A stretch of 63,610 nt of DNA, the filler included, from Chiloscyllium plagiosum (Eukaryota): assembly GCF_004010195.1 (NCBI RefSeq). It is 4 parts of 2 records of this genome, joined end to end, with 100 filler letters (N's around TTAATTAATTAA, not from the genome) between each part and the next. Parts side by side here need not be neighbours in the genome. Positions count along the whole stretch, not along the records: positions 28,830 to 56,865 come from NC_057711.1; positions 56,966 to 60,814 come from NC_057711.1; positions 60,915 to 63,610 come from NC_057712.1; 1 more part is not named here. One strand, written 5' to 3'. Below the pieces are notes generated by a model that had not been told where the DNA came from, ran no database searches, and saw nothing but the letters and a program-made list of their open reading frames with translations. Position 1 is the stretch's first letter; each line of letters begins with the position of its first letter. The position numbers and the translations under genes were made by a program. Positions 52,770 through 63,610 of the stretch are shown piece by piece.

Positions 52770-52935
52770 GGGGAGGTAATGGCATTGTGATATCATTGCT
52801 GGACAATCCAGTAACACAAAGTAGTGTTCTGAGGACACAGGTTCAAATCTCACAATGTCACATGGTGAAATTTGAATTCAATAGAAATCTGAAATTAAAA
52901 GTCTAATGATGACTATAAAACCATTGCTGAATGTT
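52770..52935 (+). mobile_element. tRNA-derived SINE head
   Basis: A-box-like tggcattgtga, B-box-like ggttcaaatct. Confidence 0.6.
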
Positions 52936-52939
52936 TCTT

Positions 52940-54200
52940 TGAGTGTCAGGAAGCAGAACATACTCGGGGTGGGAGATTTCAGTGTTCATTGAACCCGAAA
53001 GGAACATAACTTCCGGACTAGTTCTGTGGTCAGTAGTTAGCTAAGAATGACCAGTAAACAGTCCTTGCTGAGATGAAGTCTTTGCACGTTGACACTCATT
53101 GTATTGTGTGGCACTTATCATTGTGTTAAATGGTATAGACTTCAAACAGATATAGGAGCTCAAAACTGGGCACCATGGAGCCACTGTAGACCATCAGCGA
53201 TAGACTAATTTTGTTCCAACATTATCTGCAAACTCATGATCTTGCAAATCCCTACACTGCCCTCACCATAAAGGTAGAGGATATCCCATGTTTCAGTGAA
53301 GGATGCAAGAGGGTATGCTAAGAGCAGCACCAGGCAAAATTATAAAAGAACGTTGACCAAATGAAGCTACAAAACATGACTTGCATGCCAAGCACCAAAT
53401 GATAGATAGAACCAAGCATATTTACAACCAATGGAACAGATCCATGATCTGCAGTCCTGCCACAATCAGTTGCAAATGGTGGTTGACTGGGAAACAACTG
53501 AGTGTGACATCAAGGAGCTCTAAGAAAGCTGGAGTCAATGGGAATCTTGGGGAATTTCTCCAGTGGTTGGAGTGAAACATGGCACAAAACAAGATTATTT
53601 TTATTGACTCATGGGGTGTGGGCATATTTGCCTTGGCTAGCATTCAATATCAAGCCTAGTTGCCTTTGAGAAGTTGTATTAAGTTTGGTTCAGTTTCTAT
53701 TTCATGGTAGCCACCAGGAAGTTGATAATGGTGCATTTAGCGATGGTAGCACCATTGTATGTCACAGTTTGATGGTTTGATTCTCTTATTAAAGATGGCC
53801 ATTGCCTTGAGTGACTTGCTACTTGCCTGACCAAACCTGGCTATTGATCAGGTCTTATTGCATTTCAACAAAAACAGCTTCAATGTCTGAGGAATCGTAA
53901 ATGGTGCTGAACATCATGCAGTCATCAATGAACGTCCCCATTCTGTAGTTATGATAGAGGCAAGGTATTAATGAAGCAGTTGAAGATGGTTGGGCCTATG
54001 TCACCTCTCTGAGGAACTCCTGCTGAGATGCCCCAGGGCTGACTGAGTGACTTCCTCCAACCACAACTGTCTTCCTTGACTCAAGGAATGACTCTAACCA
54101 GCAGACAGTTGTTCCCCTGATTCCTATTGACTTCAAATTTGCTAGGACTCCTCAATGCGGCACTCATTCAATTGTAGCCTTGACATTAAAGGCAGTCACT
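52940..54200. mobile_element. Degenerate fragments of the second CR1-group LINE family, both orientations
   Basis: Similarity to 9400-10250 (for example gtgacatcaaggagc...ctggagtcaatggg). Confidence 0.5.
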
Positions 54201-54869
54201 TGTATATTCAGAGCCTCTTTGCATTTTGAACCTGACATGCTAAGATGACTTCTTTGGTACAGTTACAATTGACAAAGGTGATTGAGGCATATTATTATTT
54301 CATATAAATGTTTAATATGCAAGTGATGCAAATTAAGAACGAAGAAATTAGTGCAACATTATGCAAGGTAAATTTGCTGCCAAGAAGTCATATAGCAGCT
54401 AGATTTGTTTACTTGTGCCACGGAATTTCTAGTATTCAGTTCATCAATTATTCAAGAAACAAAAACTTAATGGAAGTCAGTTTTACATGGATAGGAAAAT
54501 GAAATCAGATCCAGATGGGCTTGGTTGCTGCAAATAAGGTTAGGCTGTAAAATTTCTACTGTGTCTGTTCGTTCTATGGCACTTCACCAAAAAAAGATTT
54601 TCCTAGTTGTTGCCAGTCAGGAATTGAAACTGATGGCGATTGAATCCTTTCCATGTCTTGCTCACTTCTAGATTCTGCAATGGCTTTCATGTGAGTCTCA
54701 TCAACAGTTAGTTTCCTCTCTCAGAGTTGTACTGAAACTACATTTTAAGGTCAGAATGAATATTTAATTGCTAAAACAATATTAAAATGCAAAAAATAAT
54801 ATAAAAAATCAAAGGCCAGCTATCATCTGAGCATTGCTCTTGGCGATATTCTTACCACTGACTCATTGA

Positions 54870-55130
54870 GGCTTTGATGTCAGAGCATTGACTTGAATAC
54901 TTTAGCTCGGCTGAGACTTAGTGGAGTGCTGAGGGAGTGCTCCAATGTCAGTAATGCCAGTTTCTACATGAAAAATTAAACTAAGGCCGCTTTTGCCGAT
55001 GGCATTATTTGAAGAAGGGTAGTGAAGGTCTTTGGACGTAGCCTAATTAACTATCCCCCAACCAATATCACCATGAGCTCACTAACTGGTTACTTAAATA
55101 TCCTTTGGATATCATGCATAAATTCTACTT
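54870..55130 (+). mobile_element. Deu-domain SINE, degenerate
   Basis: gctgagggagtgctccaatgtc...ttaaactaaggcc...tggcattatttgaagaag...caaccaatatcac. Confidence 0.6.
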
Positions 55131-56759
55131 GTCAGAACCACCAAGCAGGCATAAGCAAGGTGCTCTGGTGACAGCATCTCTGTCCTTCTGAATTTCTGTA
55201 GTCTGATTTGTATCTGTGCATCACAAATGGGAACAGTCTGTGAACTGTAGGATTTGTCTTAATTAACATCCAATAAGTCAATGTAAGTAATTTGACTGGA
55301 CAACACTGTTCCCAGTTAGTTCATATATTTTTCAATTTGTTTAGTGAGTGTAAGTGCTGTTTGAAGGTCTCAAATTTCCACTGATTAAATGAAAAATAAT
55401 TAGCATTGTTAACAGATATAATTTCAAGTGCTTAAATGTGCATATTCAAAACAAGTGATCATTTGTACCAACCAGAAATCCTTCCACCACTTATTTTCAA
55501 ATATGGATTTCACTTTCTAGAATATTCTAGTTTGAGATTAACAGTGTGTGTCTTCCTCACCATGAGTTGCTAAAAGCCATGCATGCTTATTAACGGTGCA
55601 AGTCAATAGATTTGTTATTTTTTCTCAGGGAATAATTCTTCCCCTAAAATAAATCTAAATTGCCTAAATCTAACTCAGAAGTAACTCAAGGACAACTAAC
55701 GAGAATGCTTTCTTAAAAAAGAAAGAACAACATATGTTGGAAATCAGAAATAAAAACTGAAATCGCTGGAAAATTTCAGCAGATTTGGCAGCAGACATCT
55801 GAGGAGAGAAATCAGAGTTAACATTTCGAGTCCAGTGATTCTTCTTCAAATCCTTCTTCAGTGGAAGGATTTTTTTTCCTTTGCTTCACACAAGTGCAGT
55901 AAATAGCTATCATCTATAGTGAGCACATAGACTTCTCATGAACATTACACTAGCAATTGTTGTAGCCAGTCACAATGTTTTGCCCTGTACTTACTTCAGT
56001 GTAATGCGCTACTTATCTGGGAAACATTCCAGTATACTTACAAATATGCCTAAAAAGTGCTTGATCTAATGGACTTTTAGCTATTTTTTAATACTTTTAA
56101 ATCCATATAAACATTTAAATCGGAATGATTCATTGACAGCAAAACATTATATTTATTTGCTGTTGATAGTGGAAAAAGTCCCAAATATCCCATGTGTGGA
56201 TTTCTAAAAAATATAAATGACTCTGAGGATAAAATTAACTATTTAGCTGTGCACAGTCAAAAATATAAGGCGCATCAATGAATCCCTTCTGTGATCATGT
56301 CTACTGCTGGGGCATCACCTCAGTGCTGGTAAATCCCAATATACCAATATTAACAAGGAGGCAGTCAGGGAGTAAATGTGTGGGCAATTTGCTTGGAAAT
56401 ATCAGAAATACTGGGAAGACTCTGTTGACTTTAATGGCAGGATCTCATGACAAAACTTTTAAAAGTTTTTCATTCAGAGGATGATGGCATTGCTGGCTGT
56501 ATCATCCCTGATCACCCAGAGGGCAGATGAGAGTCAACCAGAGATAGACTAGAAAAAACAAGCGAATTGTGCCTGCTTCTCCTCTCCCACATCTCATCAA
56601 TGTTGGATCTGATAACACCCAGCCTCCCATTAGTTGTGGGCATTAATTCCAACTGGGTTCCAATGAGGCTTATGTAAACATAATCATGAAGTTACCCCTC
56701 AAATGTGGGTTACCAGTTGTCTCCAATCGATGGTGATTTAGATGCTGTTATGAAATTTC

Positions 56760-56865
56760 TATTACAGAACTGGCTCAAAGGTAGAAGACAGAGGGTGGTG
56801 GTGGAGAGTTGTTTTTCAGACTGGAGGCCCGTGACCAGTGGAGTGCCACAAGGATCGGTGCTGGG
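56760..56865 (+). mobile_element. HER1-like CR1 RT fragment ending at a gap
   Basis: [33 protein letters not shown]. Confidence 0.9.
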
Positions 56866-56965
56866 NNNNNNNNNNNNNNNNNNNNNNNNNNNNNNNNNNN
56901 NNNNNNNNNTTAATTAATTAANNNNNNNNNNNNNNNNNNNNNNNNNNNNNNNNNNNNNNNNNNNN

Positions 56966-58180
56966 TTTACCATGGCCCTGAGAGGGAAAGTGAGCTCCCC
57001 ATATGATGCAATAAATTGTCTACTGTATCCTGCCAACCCAAGAAATGAGGGCATGTCTTTTACAGTGACTGGTTTGGTATGATGCAGAATGGAGGATCTA
57101 TGGGACGGAGACACACCTGTTCCCTTAGCAGAAATAATTCTACCCAGAAAAGACACCGTTTGTCTGCAGCATTGCAATTTAACCCGTGAAACTTTAAAAC
57201 CGACACTATACAGGTGAAACAGCAACGACTGTGGCTTCCAAACAAGAAACATGATCGGGTGCTGCCAAAAGAATGTCATCCCCATACTGGATCAATACCA
57301 CCCCCTTTGGGAGCGTCAGATCCTTCAGCTGCTGTTTCAGTACCTGATTAAACACCCCAGGTGACAAAATAAACCCTTGCGGGACCCTTGTACAACGTAA
57401 TTGTTGGCCTTTACAGGTAAATGAAAAAATGTCCCTCAAATGATCAGCTAAGGGCAAACAAAAGAACGCGTTGGCGAGATCAATGCACGAGAACCATTTT
57501 TTTTTAGATTACTTACAGTGTGGAAACAGGCCCTTTGGCCCAACAAGTCCACACCGACCCGCCGAAGCGCAACCCACCCATACCCCGACATTTACCCCTT
57601 ACCTAACACTACGGGCAATTTAGCATGGCCAATTCACCTGACCTGCACATCTTTGGACTGTGGGAGGAAACCGGAGCACCCGGAGGAAACCCACGCAGAC
57701 ACGGGGAGAACGTGCAAACTCCACACAGTCAGTCGCCTGAGTCGGGAATTGAACCCGGATCTCTGGCGCTGTGAGGCAGCAGTGCTAACCACTGTGCCAC
57801 CGTGCCACTCACATTTATGGTCAGAGGTCAGCACAGACATTGCAGTGTAGGGGTTTGGAACTGGAACTGTTGGAGTAGAAACGGCACTATTAATTCGTCG
57901 AAGATCATGCGCCATCCTCTATCAGCCTGTATTCTGCTTCTCTACAGGTAAGATAGGGGTGTTCCAAGCCGACTGGAAGGGTTCTAGCACCCCTGCTGCT
58001 AACAATCCTTCGATTGTGTCGGCAATGCCGGCTTCAGCCTCTGGTTTGTGTGAATATTGTCTCTGCCAAATCGGAGTTTGGTCTATTAAATCAAATGTGA
58101 TCGGTGTGACGTGTTTGCAGTGCCCAACGTCCGTTGAACTAGCTGACCACAAGGTATCTGGTAGAGAGTCAAGCATCGCC
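56966..58180 (-). pseudogene. pol: Retroviral reverse transcriptase, disrupted
   Basis: SAWNTPILPVEK, RMAHDLRRIN, VPNPYT, WFSCIDLANAFF, RVPQGFILSP, IQYGDDILL (57275-57286), GFKVSRVKLQ, FLGLAGY; stops at 57919-57924, frameshift near 57235, SINE insertion. Confidence 0.93.
57500..57810 (-). mobile_element. HE1-type SINE inserted in the ERV RT
   Basis: Very similar to 36232-36546; cattt duplicated at 57495-57499 and 57812-57816. Confidence 0.95.
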
Positions 58181-58326
58181 GCAGCCTGTGGATGGTCTGT
58201 TTTTTCCCTACCATGAAACCGTTCAATCTGCCTATGTTCCAGCAGTACCTTGTCAGTTGTCCTGTACATAATTCGATAGGCTTCCTCCGATGGTGAATAT
58301 TGTAAACTGGGTAACTGAGTCCACAC

Positions 58327-58740
58327 CTAGTCCGTTAACCCCATCAAGCGTTTGGACATAGGTCCCAGATCCTTGGTCTGATATTCAGCATGCACGGCCA
58401 ATGTGACATGAGGTATAGCTTCTTCAGACATCTCATACCATTCCAACTGTTCTGCAGTTAATTCAACAACACCTGCCACACCTTCGTTTCCAAGCAGAAT
58501 GCAACTGGAAGAAATATCCCATTGAGTCCCTTCTAAGTGCTGATAGAATGCATGCTGATAGATTCCATTATCATCTCTATCATAATATAAAGTAATATGA
58601 AGGGGATCTGCAGGAGGAGCATAGGGATGCAACATCTGAACCCAGGATCGCCATTGACTGTATAAAGACTGTATGCCGTTGTTTTGCCTGTTTTCGGGTT
58701 CGAGAAGTCCCCAATATATATCTGCCCACTGCCCTTCTGC
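58327..58740 (-). pseudogene. Candidate 2H phosphoesterase domain between protease and RT
   Basis: Two H-hydrophobic-T-hydrophobic motifs, LHITL (His 58597-58599) and PHVTL (His 58408-58410), 63 codons apart, in the protease ORF. Confidence 0.7.
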
Positions 58741-58829
58741 CATTGGTGATGTGTCTGGTGATAACATCATTTGGGATCCAGAGTGAATCATTGTCATAGA
58801 ACAGTTGACGGAATGGCCATTTGGAAAGG

Positions 58830-59175
58830 TCACCACCAGTCCGTCTGGTCCGCACAAAACCGAGACCCCGCATCTCACCAGCAAGTCACGTCCCATCAAA
58901 TTCACGGGGCATGCAGGTGATGGAATATACTGGTGACGAAAGGTCTGTCCGGCCACTGATGTGATCAGTGGCGATGTCAAAGGCAGATTTTCTGGTTTAC
59001 CCGAGAACCCTACTAACTGGACGCTAGAGGATGATATGCTTGACCGAGGTATATCACAAGTGATGGTAGAAAATCTTGCACCCGTGTCAACCAAAAAAGA
59101 CAGAGTCTTGTCCATTACCCTCATTTGCATATAGGGGTCTGCCAACCCCACATGCCCCTGGGTTCTCGGGCCCCG
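58830..59175 (-). pseudogene. pro: Retroviral aspartic protease
   Basis: FLVDTGA (Asp codon 59086-59088) and NLMGRDLL; in frame with gag after a TGA. Confidence 0.92.
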
Positions 59176-60814
59176 TCAATTTTCATACCCCTGCCCTTCC
59201 AGCATAGTTTGGGGGTACTGTCCTTTCACCGGGGCTGCAGCTGCATTCGGGACTTGACAAGGCTGAACAGTCTGTTGAAAAGGAGGCTGACTTGCTCGGA
59301 GGTACTGCCCTTGGATCAATCCCTGGCCTCCCTGGAGTCCCCACAGCATGGGACAATCCCTTCTCCAATGCCCGGGTTGGCCACATTCAAAACAGGTGTT
59401 AAGTGGCTGACCTCTAAATCCTCCGCGGCCCCTTCCTCTACCACGCATTCCTCCCGGTACACCTATTGGTCTGCCCCCATATTGGGGATAGGGTGGCATC
59501 CAATCAGGTGTTGGAACTAAACTTGGCGGATGTTTTGTGGCGACGGCCGCTGAACCATCTGATTCGTCGTCTTTTGGGAGGCCTTCTTCGTATCATTAGT
59601 CTTCCTTCTAGCCTCATCGAGCTGTAACTTCAGCAACTGCACTTTTAGCTGACTCATTACTCTGTTTATCCTCATCCTGTTTTGTCCTGTAACGCTTCAT
59701 GTGATGCGTCAAATGTTTTTCCCACTGTTCTGTAGTACAACCTGGGATGTCAGGATTACTCTCCATTGCCTCTTTTACTTCCTTTGGCATCCCTGTCATG
59801 ACGGCATTCCTAAATAACGTGGTCTGTAGCTGACCTGACCCTGGATGGCTCCCCGCAGTATCTGCCCACGTGTCCTTACACCTATCCTCACCCTCCTTCA
59901 TTGTGAAGGTGAGTGAGTGCATCGCTCCCGGTGGAATCGGAAACCTATACCTCATTGCCCTTCCCACACTGGTGGCATACTGCACAAACGGTTCTGAATC
60001 AGGTAATAAGGTGGTCCCCGCAGACGCTTCAATCTGCTGTATTTCCCACATATTCAATTGCTTACCCAGCAACGCTCTCCAATCGCCCATGGCTAACTTG
60101 TACCCTAGTGTATATTGAGAAAACTTTACCATCCAGGCCCCACCTCCCTCCATTGGTGGGGGCATTTTATCCAGGATACAGTTCATGTCAGTAAATGTAA
60201 AAGGCTGATAGACATTCCCCAGATAAGAGCCTCTGTAAATTAATGGCATTTGGTGGTGCTGATACTTTATAGGTTGTCGTAATGTGTCTCTTTGACGCAA
60301 GTCTTAACTTAGTTCAGGGAGGGGCTTCAGTGGAGGGCCATGTTCAGTATGCATTGTGAGTGAGCCTTTCAAGGTGACCGGGTAGGTGTTTGGATCATTG
60401 TCTGTCAGGGATTCTTCGTCCTCAATATCTATACTACTTTTAGACTCCTCCTCATCCAATTTCTCTCTATCCTGTCGTCCTCAATATCTATACTACTTTT
60501 AGACTCCTCCTCATCCAATTTCTCTCTATCCTGTTCTTCCCTCAAATCTCTCCTCCTTCTGTCTGAGAACCCATCATCCAATAACTGACCTGAATCATGT
60601 AATCTTCCCCTCTTTTCATTCTCAGTACTATATGGTGTTGAATGAGCATCTGGCTCCTGCACTGGAAAACATCTCCCCTGTTTTAGCTGTTCTTTATTCC
60701 TACTGTGCATCATTGTCACCCTATTTGCTTCCTCCGCTTCCTTAACCCTCTGATCAACTTCTAATGTTAATTTTTCTACTTTCTAATGCTTTCTTCTACA
60801 GCCTCCGCCAGTCT
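59176..60814 (-). pseudogene. gag: Retroviral Gag, disrupted
   Basis: Capsid-like block QPFTFTDM...LAMGDWRALL (ORF 59614-60300); QLLKLQLDEA after a frameshift near 59640; RGRGRGRGG; CFECGQPGHWRRDC (CX2CX4HX4C, 59353-59394). Confidence 0.85.
60416..60533. repeat. 59-bp tandem duplication within gag
   Basis: tcgtcctcaatatctatactac starts at 60416 and 60475. Confidence 0.95.
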
Positions 60815-60991
60815 NNNNNNNNNNNNNNNNNNNNNNNNNNNNNNNNNNNNNNNNNNNNTTAATTAATTAANNNNNNNNNNNNNNNNNNNNNNNNNNNNNN
60901 NNNNNNNNNNNNNNTGATAATACACACAGGGACACCCCCACCATGCTGATAGACCACACACACACACGGACACCCCCACCCTGCTGATAGA

Positions 60992-61278
60992 GTACACAGG
61001 AGACAAGCAGGAGGCTGGAAGAAGTGTTAAGTCCTAACAAAGAAAATAAAACAAAAGAAAATTTACAGCTCAGGAACAGGCCCTTCAGCCCTCCACGCCT
61101 GAGCTGATCCAAATGCACTATCTCAACCTGTCGCCGTACACAGGAGACAAGCAGGAGGCTGGAAGAAGTGTTAAGTCCTAACAAAGAAAATAAAACAAAA
61201 GAAAATTTACAGCTCAGGAACAGGCACTTCAGCCGTCCAAGCCTGAGCTGATCCAAATGCACTATCTCAACCTGTCGC
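60992..61278. repeat. 144-bp tandem duplication
   Basis: gtacacaggagacaagcagg starts at 60992 and 61136; a few substitutions between copies. Confidence 0.92.
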
Positions 61279-61924
61279 CCGATTCCTAAGCATCTGTATT
61301 CCTCTGCTCCCCACCTACTCGTGCATCTGTCCAGACACACATTAAATGAAAAGGGTTATACCTGAATGTTGATTCTCCACCTCCCGATGCTGCCTGGTGT
61401 GCTGTGTTCTTCCAGCCTCCAGCTTGTCTACAAATCAAAGGTGATGAGATGATCTCTCTCGAGAAGGTGGAGATGGAGTGGACCTCAGATGTGCTAAAGA
61501 GACTGCTGTGTGCTGTGAGCCGCTGGCTACTATTTCATTACTGTCCACTTAGGCCTGTCTTTGGGAAATAAATATTGTGATAGATTTGATTTTGAGAGGC
61601 TCCATAAGGTATAAGGCATTTTCAATTCTAGGGATGGTTTACATAAATGGGTAGTGTAACTCTGTGGTTAACTATGGCAACTTGTGAGGGAAAATTGAAG
61701 TTATTTTGAACACTGAATTCCTTTCATAGGATTCAACCAGAAAAATCAAAGCAATGTAGCTTACACATGCTGCAATTTTCTCAAAATGTCAACCCAGAAA
61801 AAGTATTTGAAAATCTATTTCAGGAACGCAATGAATGTTTCAGTCATTTCTGAAGTTCTGTTTTATAAAATGCTTTCAAATATTTGCCAAAAAGTAAATA
61901 ATTTGAGCAGTTTCCAGGCGATAC

Positions 61925-62965
61925 TTTTCCTCCTAAGGTAATCCCATCTTTGTATGTACAGGAGTAAACTTATCCTAAACTATCTCTATTGTAAGTAAAT
62001 CCCATCTTTAAACAAAAAGATCAAACTGCACATGGTAATCTAGGTGTGGTTTCCAACGCTTGACAAAGGGATTGTAAGATTTTCCTATTTTTATACTTCA
62101 TCTCCCTTGCTTGAAAATCACATTCCATTTGTCTTTGTAGTATTTATTGTACCTGCATGAGAACTCTTGTGTTTTATATGGAAACCACCATAATCCCTCT
62201 GCATCACTGCATGCTGCAGTTAACCACATTTAAAACCTATTTTTTTGCTGCCTACTCATTTAAATAACTTCACAATTATACTCTGTCAATTTTATTTTTG
62301 CATTCACTTAACCTGTCTTTATTTGTTGTGTTCTCACAATTAACTTTCCTGCTTACTTTGTGTCCATAGACCATAAGAAGTAGGAAGAGGAGTAGGCTGT
62401 TCAATCCCTGCTCCACCACTTAATAATATCATAGCTGATCCAACATTCCTCATCTCCCTTGATTCCCCGACTGATCAATAATCTATCTCAACTTCAAATA
62501 TACGCAAGGACTCTGCCCCTACAGCTCTCTGCAGCAAGGGATTCCCAAGGCTCTCAACCCACTGAGAGAAGGAATTTCTCATCTCATTTTTAAATTGGTG
62601 CCCCTTTATTCTGGGACTATTCCCTCTGATCTTTGACTCTCCACTGAGGGAAAACATCTACTCAGCATTGACTCTGTCAAGCTCCTTCAGAATCCGAGAT
62701 GTTTCAATGAGATCACCTCTCATTCTTCTAAACTCCAGTGAGTAGACTCCCGGCCTGTTTGCCCTTTGTAACCCTCCATACTCGGATCATCCAAGTGAGC
62801 TTTCTATGGACTGTCTCCAATTAACAATATCTTCCCCTAAATAAGGGGACCAAAACTGCTCAAGATGCGATCTCCCTAGCACCTTGTAAAATTGCAGTAA
62901 GACCTCCTGACTCTTATATTCTAATTCTCTTGAAATAAGGGCCAACATTCCATTAGCCTTCCTGT
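61925..62965 (-). mobile_element. Two old CR1 fragments
   Basis: ESKIRGNSPRIKGHQFKNEMRNSFSQWVESLGNPL (ORF 62475-62657); tail reverse complement at about 62365. Confidence 0.75.
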
Positions 62966-62969
62966 CATT

Positions 62970-63610
62970 TAGTTTGGCGCACTGACCTCTACACCGCTGA
63001 AGCCAGATGCCAACTTGAAGACACCACCTCCTACCGCCCCCTTGACCATGACCCCACCCCCCATCACCAAACCATCATCTCCCAGACCATACAGAACCGC
63101 ATCACCTCAGGAGATCTCCCACCCACAGCTTCCAACCTCATAATCTGGGAACCCCGCACTGCTCGGTCCTTCCCAAGATCCACAAGCCTGACCACCCTGG
63201 CCGACCCATTGTCTCAGCAGGCTCCTGCCCCACTGAACTCATCTCTATCTACCTTGGAATGGACCATCTTTGACACCTCCCTCCCCTTCCTGGAAACTCC
63301 CGCGAGGAGGTTGAGCAATTCATCAACTTCAACAACACATTCCACCCTGACCTTAAATTTACCTGGACCATCTCTGACACCTCCCTCCCCTTCCTGGAAA
63401 ACTCCCGAGAGGAGGTTGAGCAATTCATCAACTTCACCAACACATTCCACCTTGATCTTAAATTTACCTGGACCATCTCTGACACCTCCCTCCCCTTCCT
63501 GGAAAACTCCCGAGAGGAGGTTGAGCAATTCATCAACTTCAACAACACATTCCACCCTGACCTTAAATTTACCTGGACCATCTCTGACACCTCCCTCCCC
63601 TTCCTGGAAA
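62970..63610 (+). mobile_element. Penelope-like RT fragment ending in a tandem array
   Basis: VWRTDLYTAEARCQLEDTTSY, LPKIHKPDHPGRPIVS, FHPDLKFTWTISDTSLPFL. Confidence 0.9.
63260..63610. repeat. 104-105 bp tandem repeat of PLE RT sequence, more than 3 copies
   Basis: tggaccatct starts at 63260, 63364, 63469, 63574. Confidence 0.95.

Larger units (their letters stand above)
56966..60814 (-). mobile_element. Endogenous retrovirus-like element, gag-pro-pol portion (class I-like), defective; both ends in gaps
   Basis: Colinear gag CCHC, protease DTG and retroviral RT motifs; no LTR, RNase H, integrase or env visible. Confidence 0.9.

Noticed and set aside
58327..58329. Second readthrough site (TAG in frame between the 2H region and RT)
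   Set aside because: Most simply a TGG-to-TAG nonsense mutation; the element has other disabling stops at 57919-57924 and near 60305.
61440..61520. Exon-like stretch (DEMISLEKVEMEWTSDVLKRLLCA followed by gtgag)
   Set aside because: No polypyrimidine tract, the acceptor abuts a repeat, and I recognise no homology.
63214..63590. Repetitive 113-aa ORFs on the minus strand
   Set aside because: Antisense by-products of the 105-bp PLE tandem repeat.

Overview
Vertebrate, repeat-dominated genomic DNA. The HE1-type V-SINEs and HER1-type CR1 LINEs point to an elasmobranch (shark or ray); this is inferred from repeat families recognised from memory. I cannot support any host protein-coding gene: nearly all listed ORFs are retroelement fragments or chance ORFs. 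The window holds many CR1 fragments, a second CR1-group LINE family, an old fragmented RTE LINE, HE1 and Deu-type SINEs, Penelope-like elements (PLEs) with RT and GIY-YIG remnants, short PLE-derived fold-back insertions with minimal hammerhead ribozyme relics and clear TSDs, two related solo LTRs, several tandem repeats and four assembly gaps. The standout is a 3.85 kb minus-strand endogenous retrovirus-like segment (56966-60814), alone between two gaps. It reads gag (single CCHC knuckle), an in-frame UGA-CGG stop, protease, a candidate 2H phosphoesterase domain (HITL...HVTL), then a retroviral-type RT, and it is disabled by stops, frameshifts and an HE1 insertion. Repeat boundaries were read by eye and are approximate unless a TSD is given.
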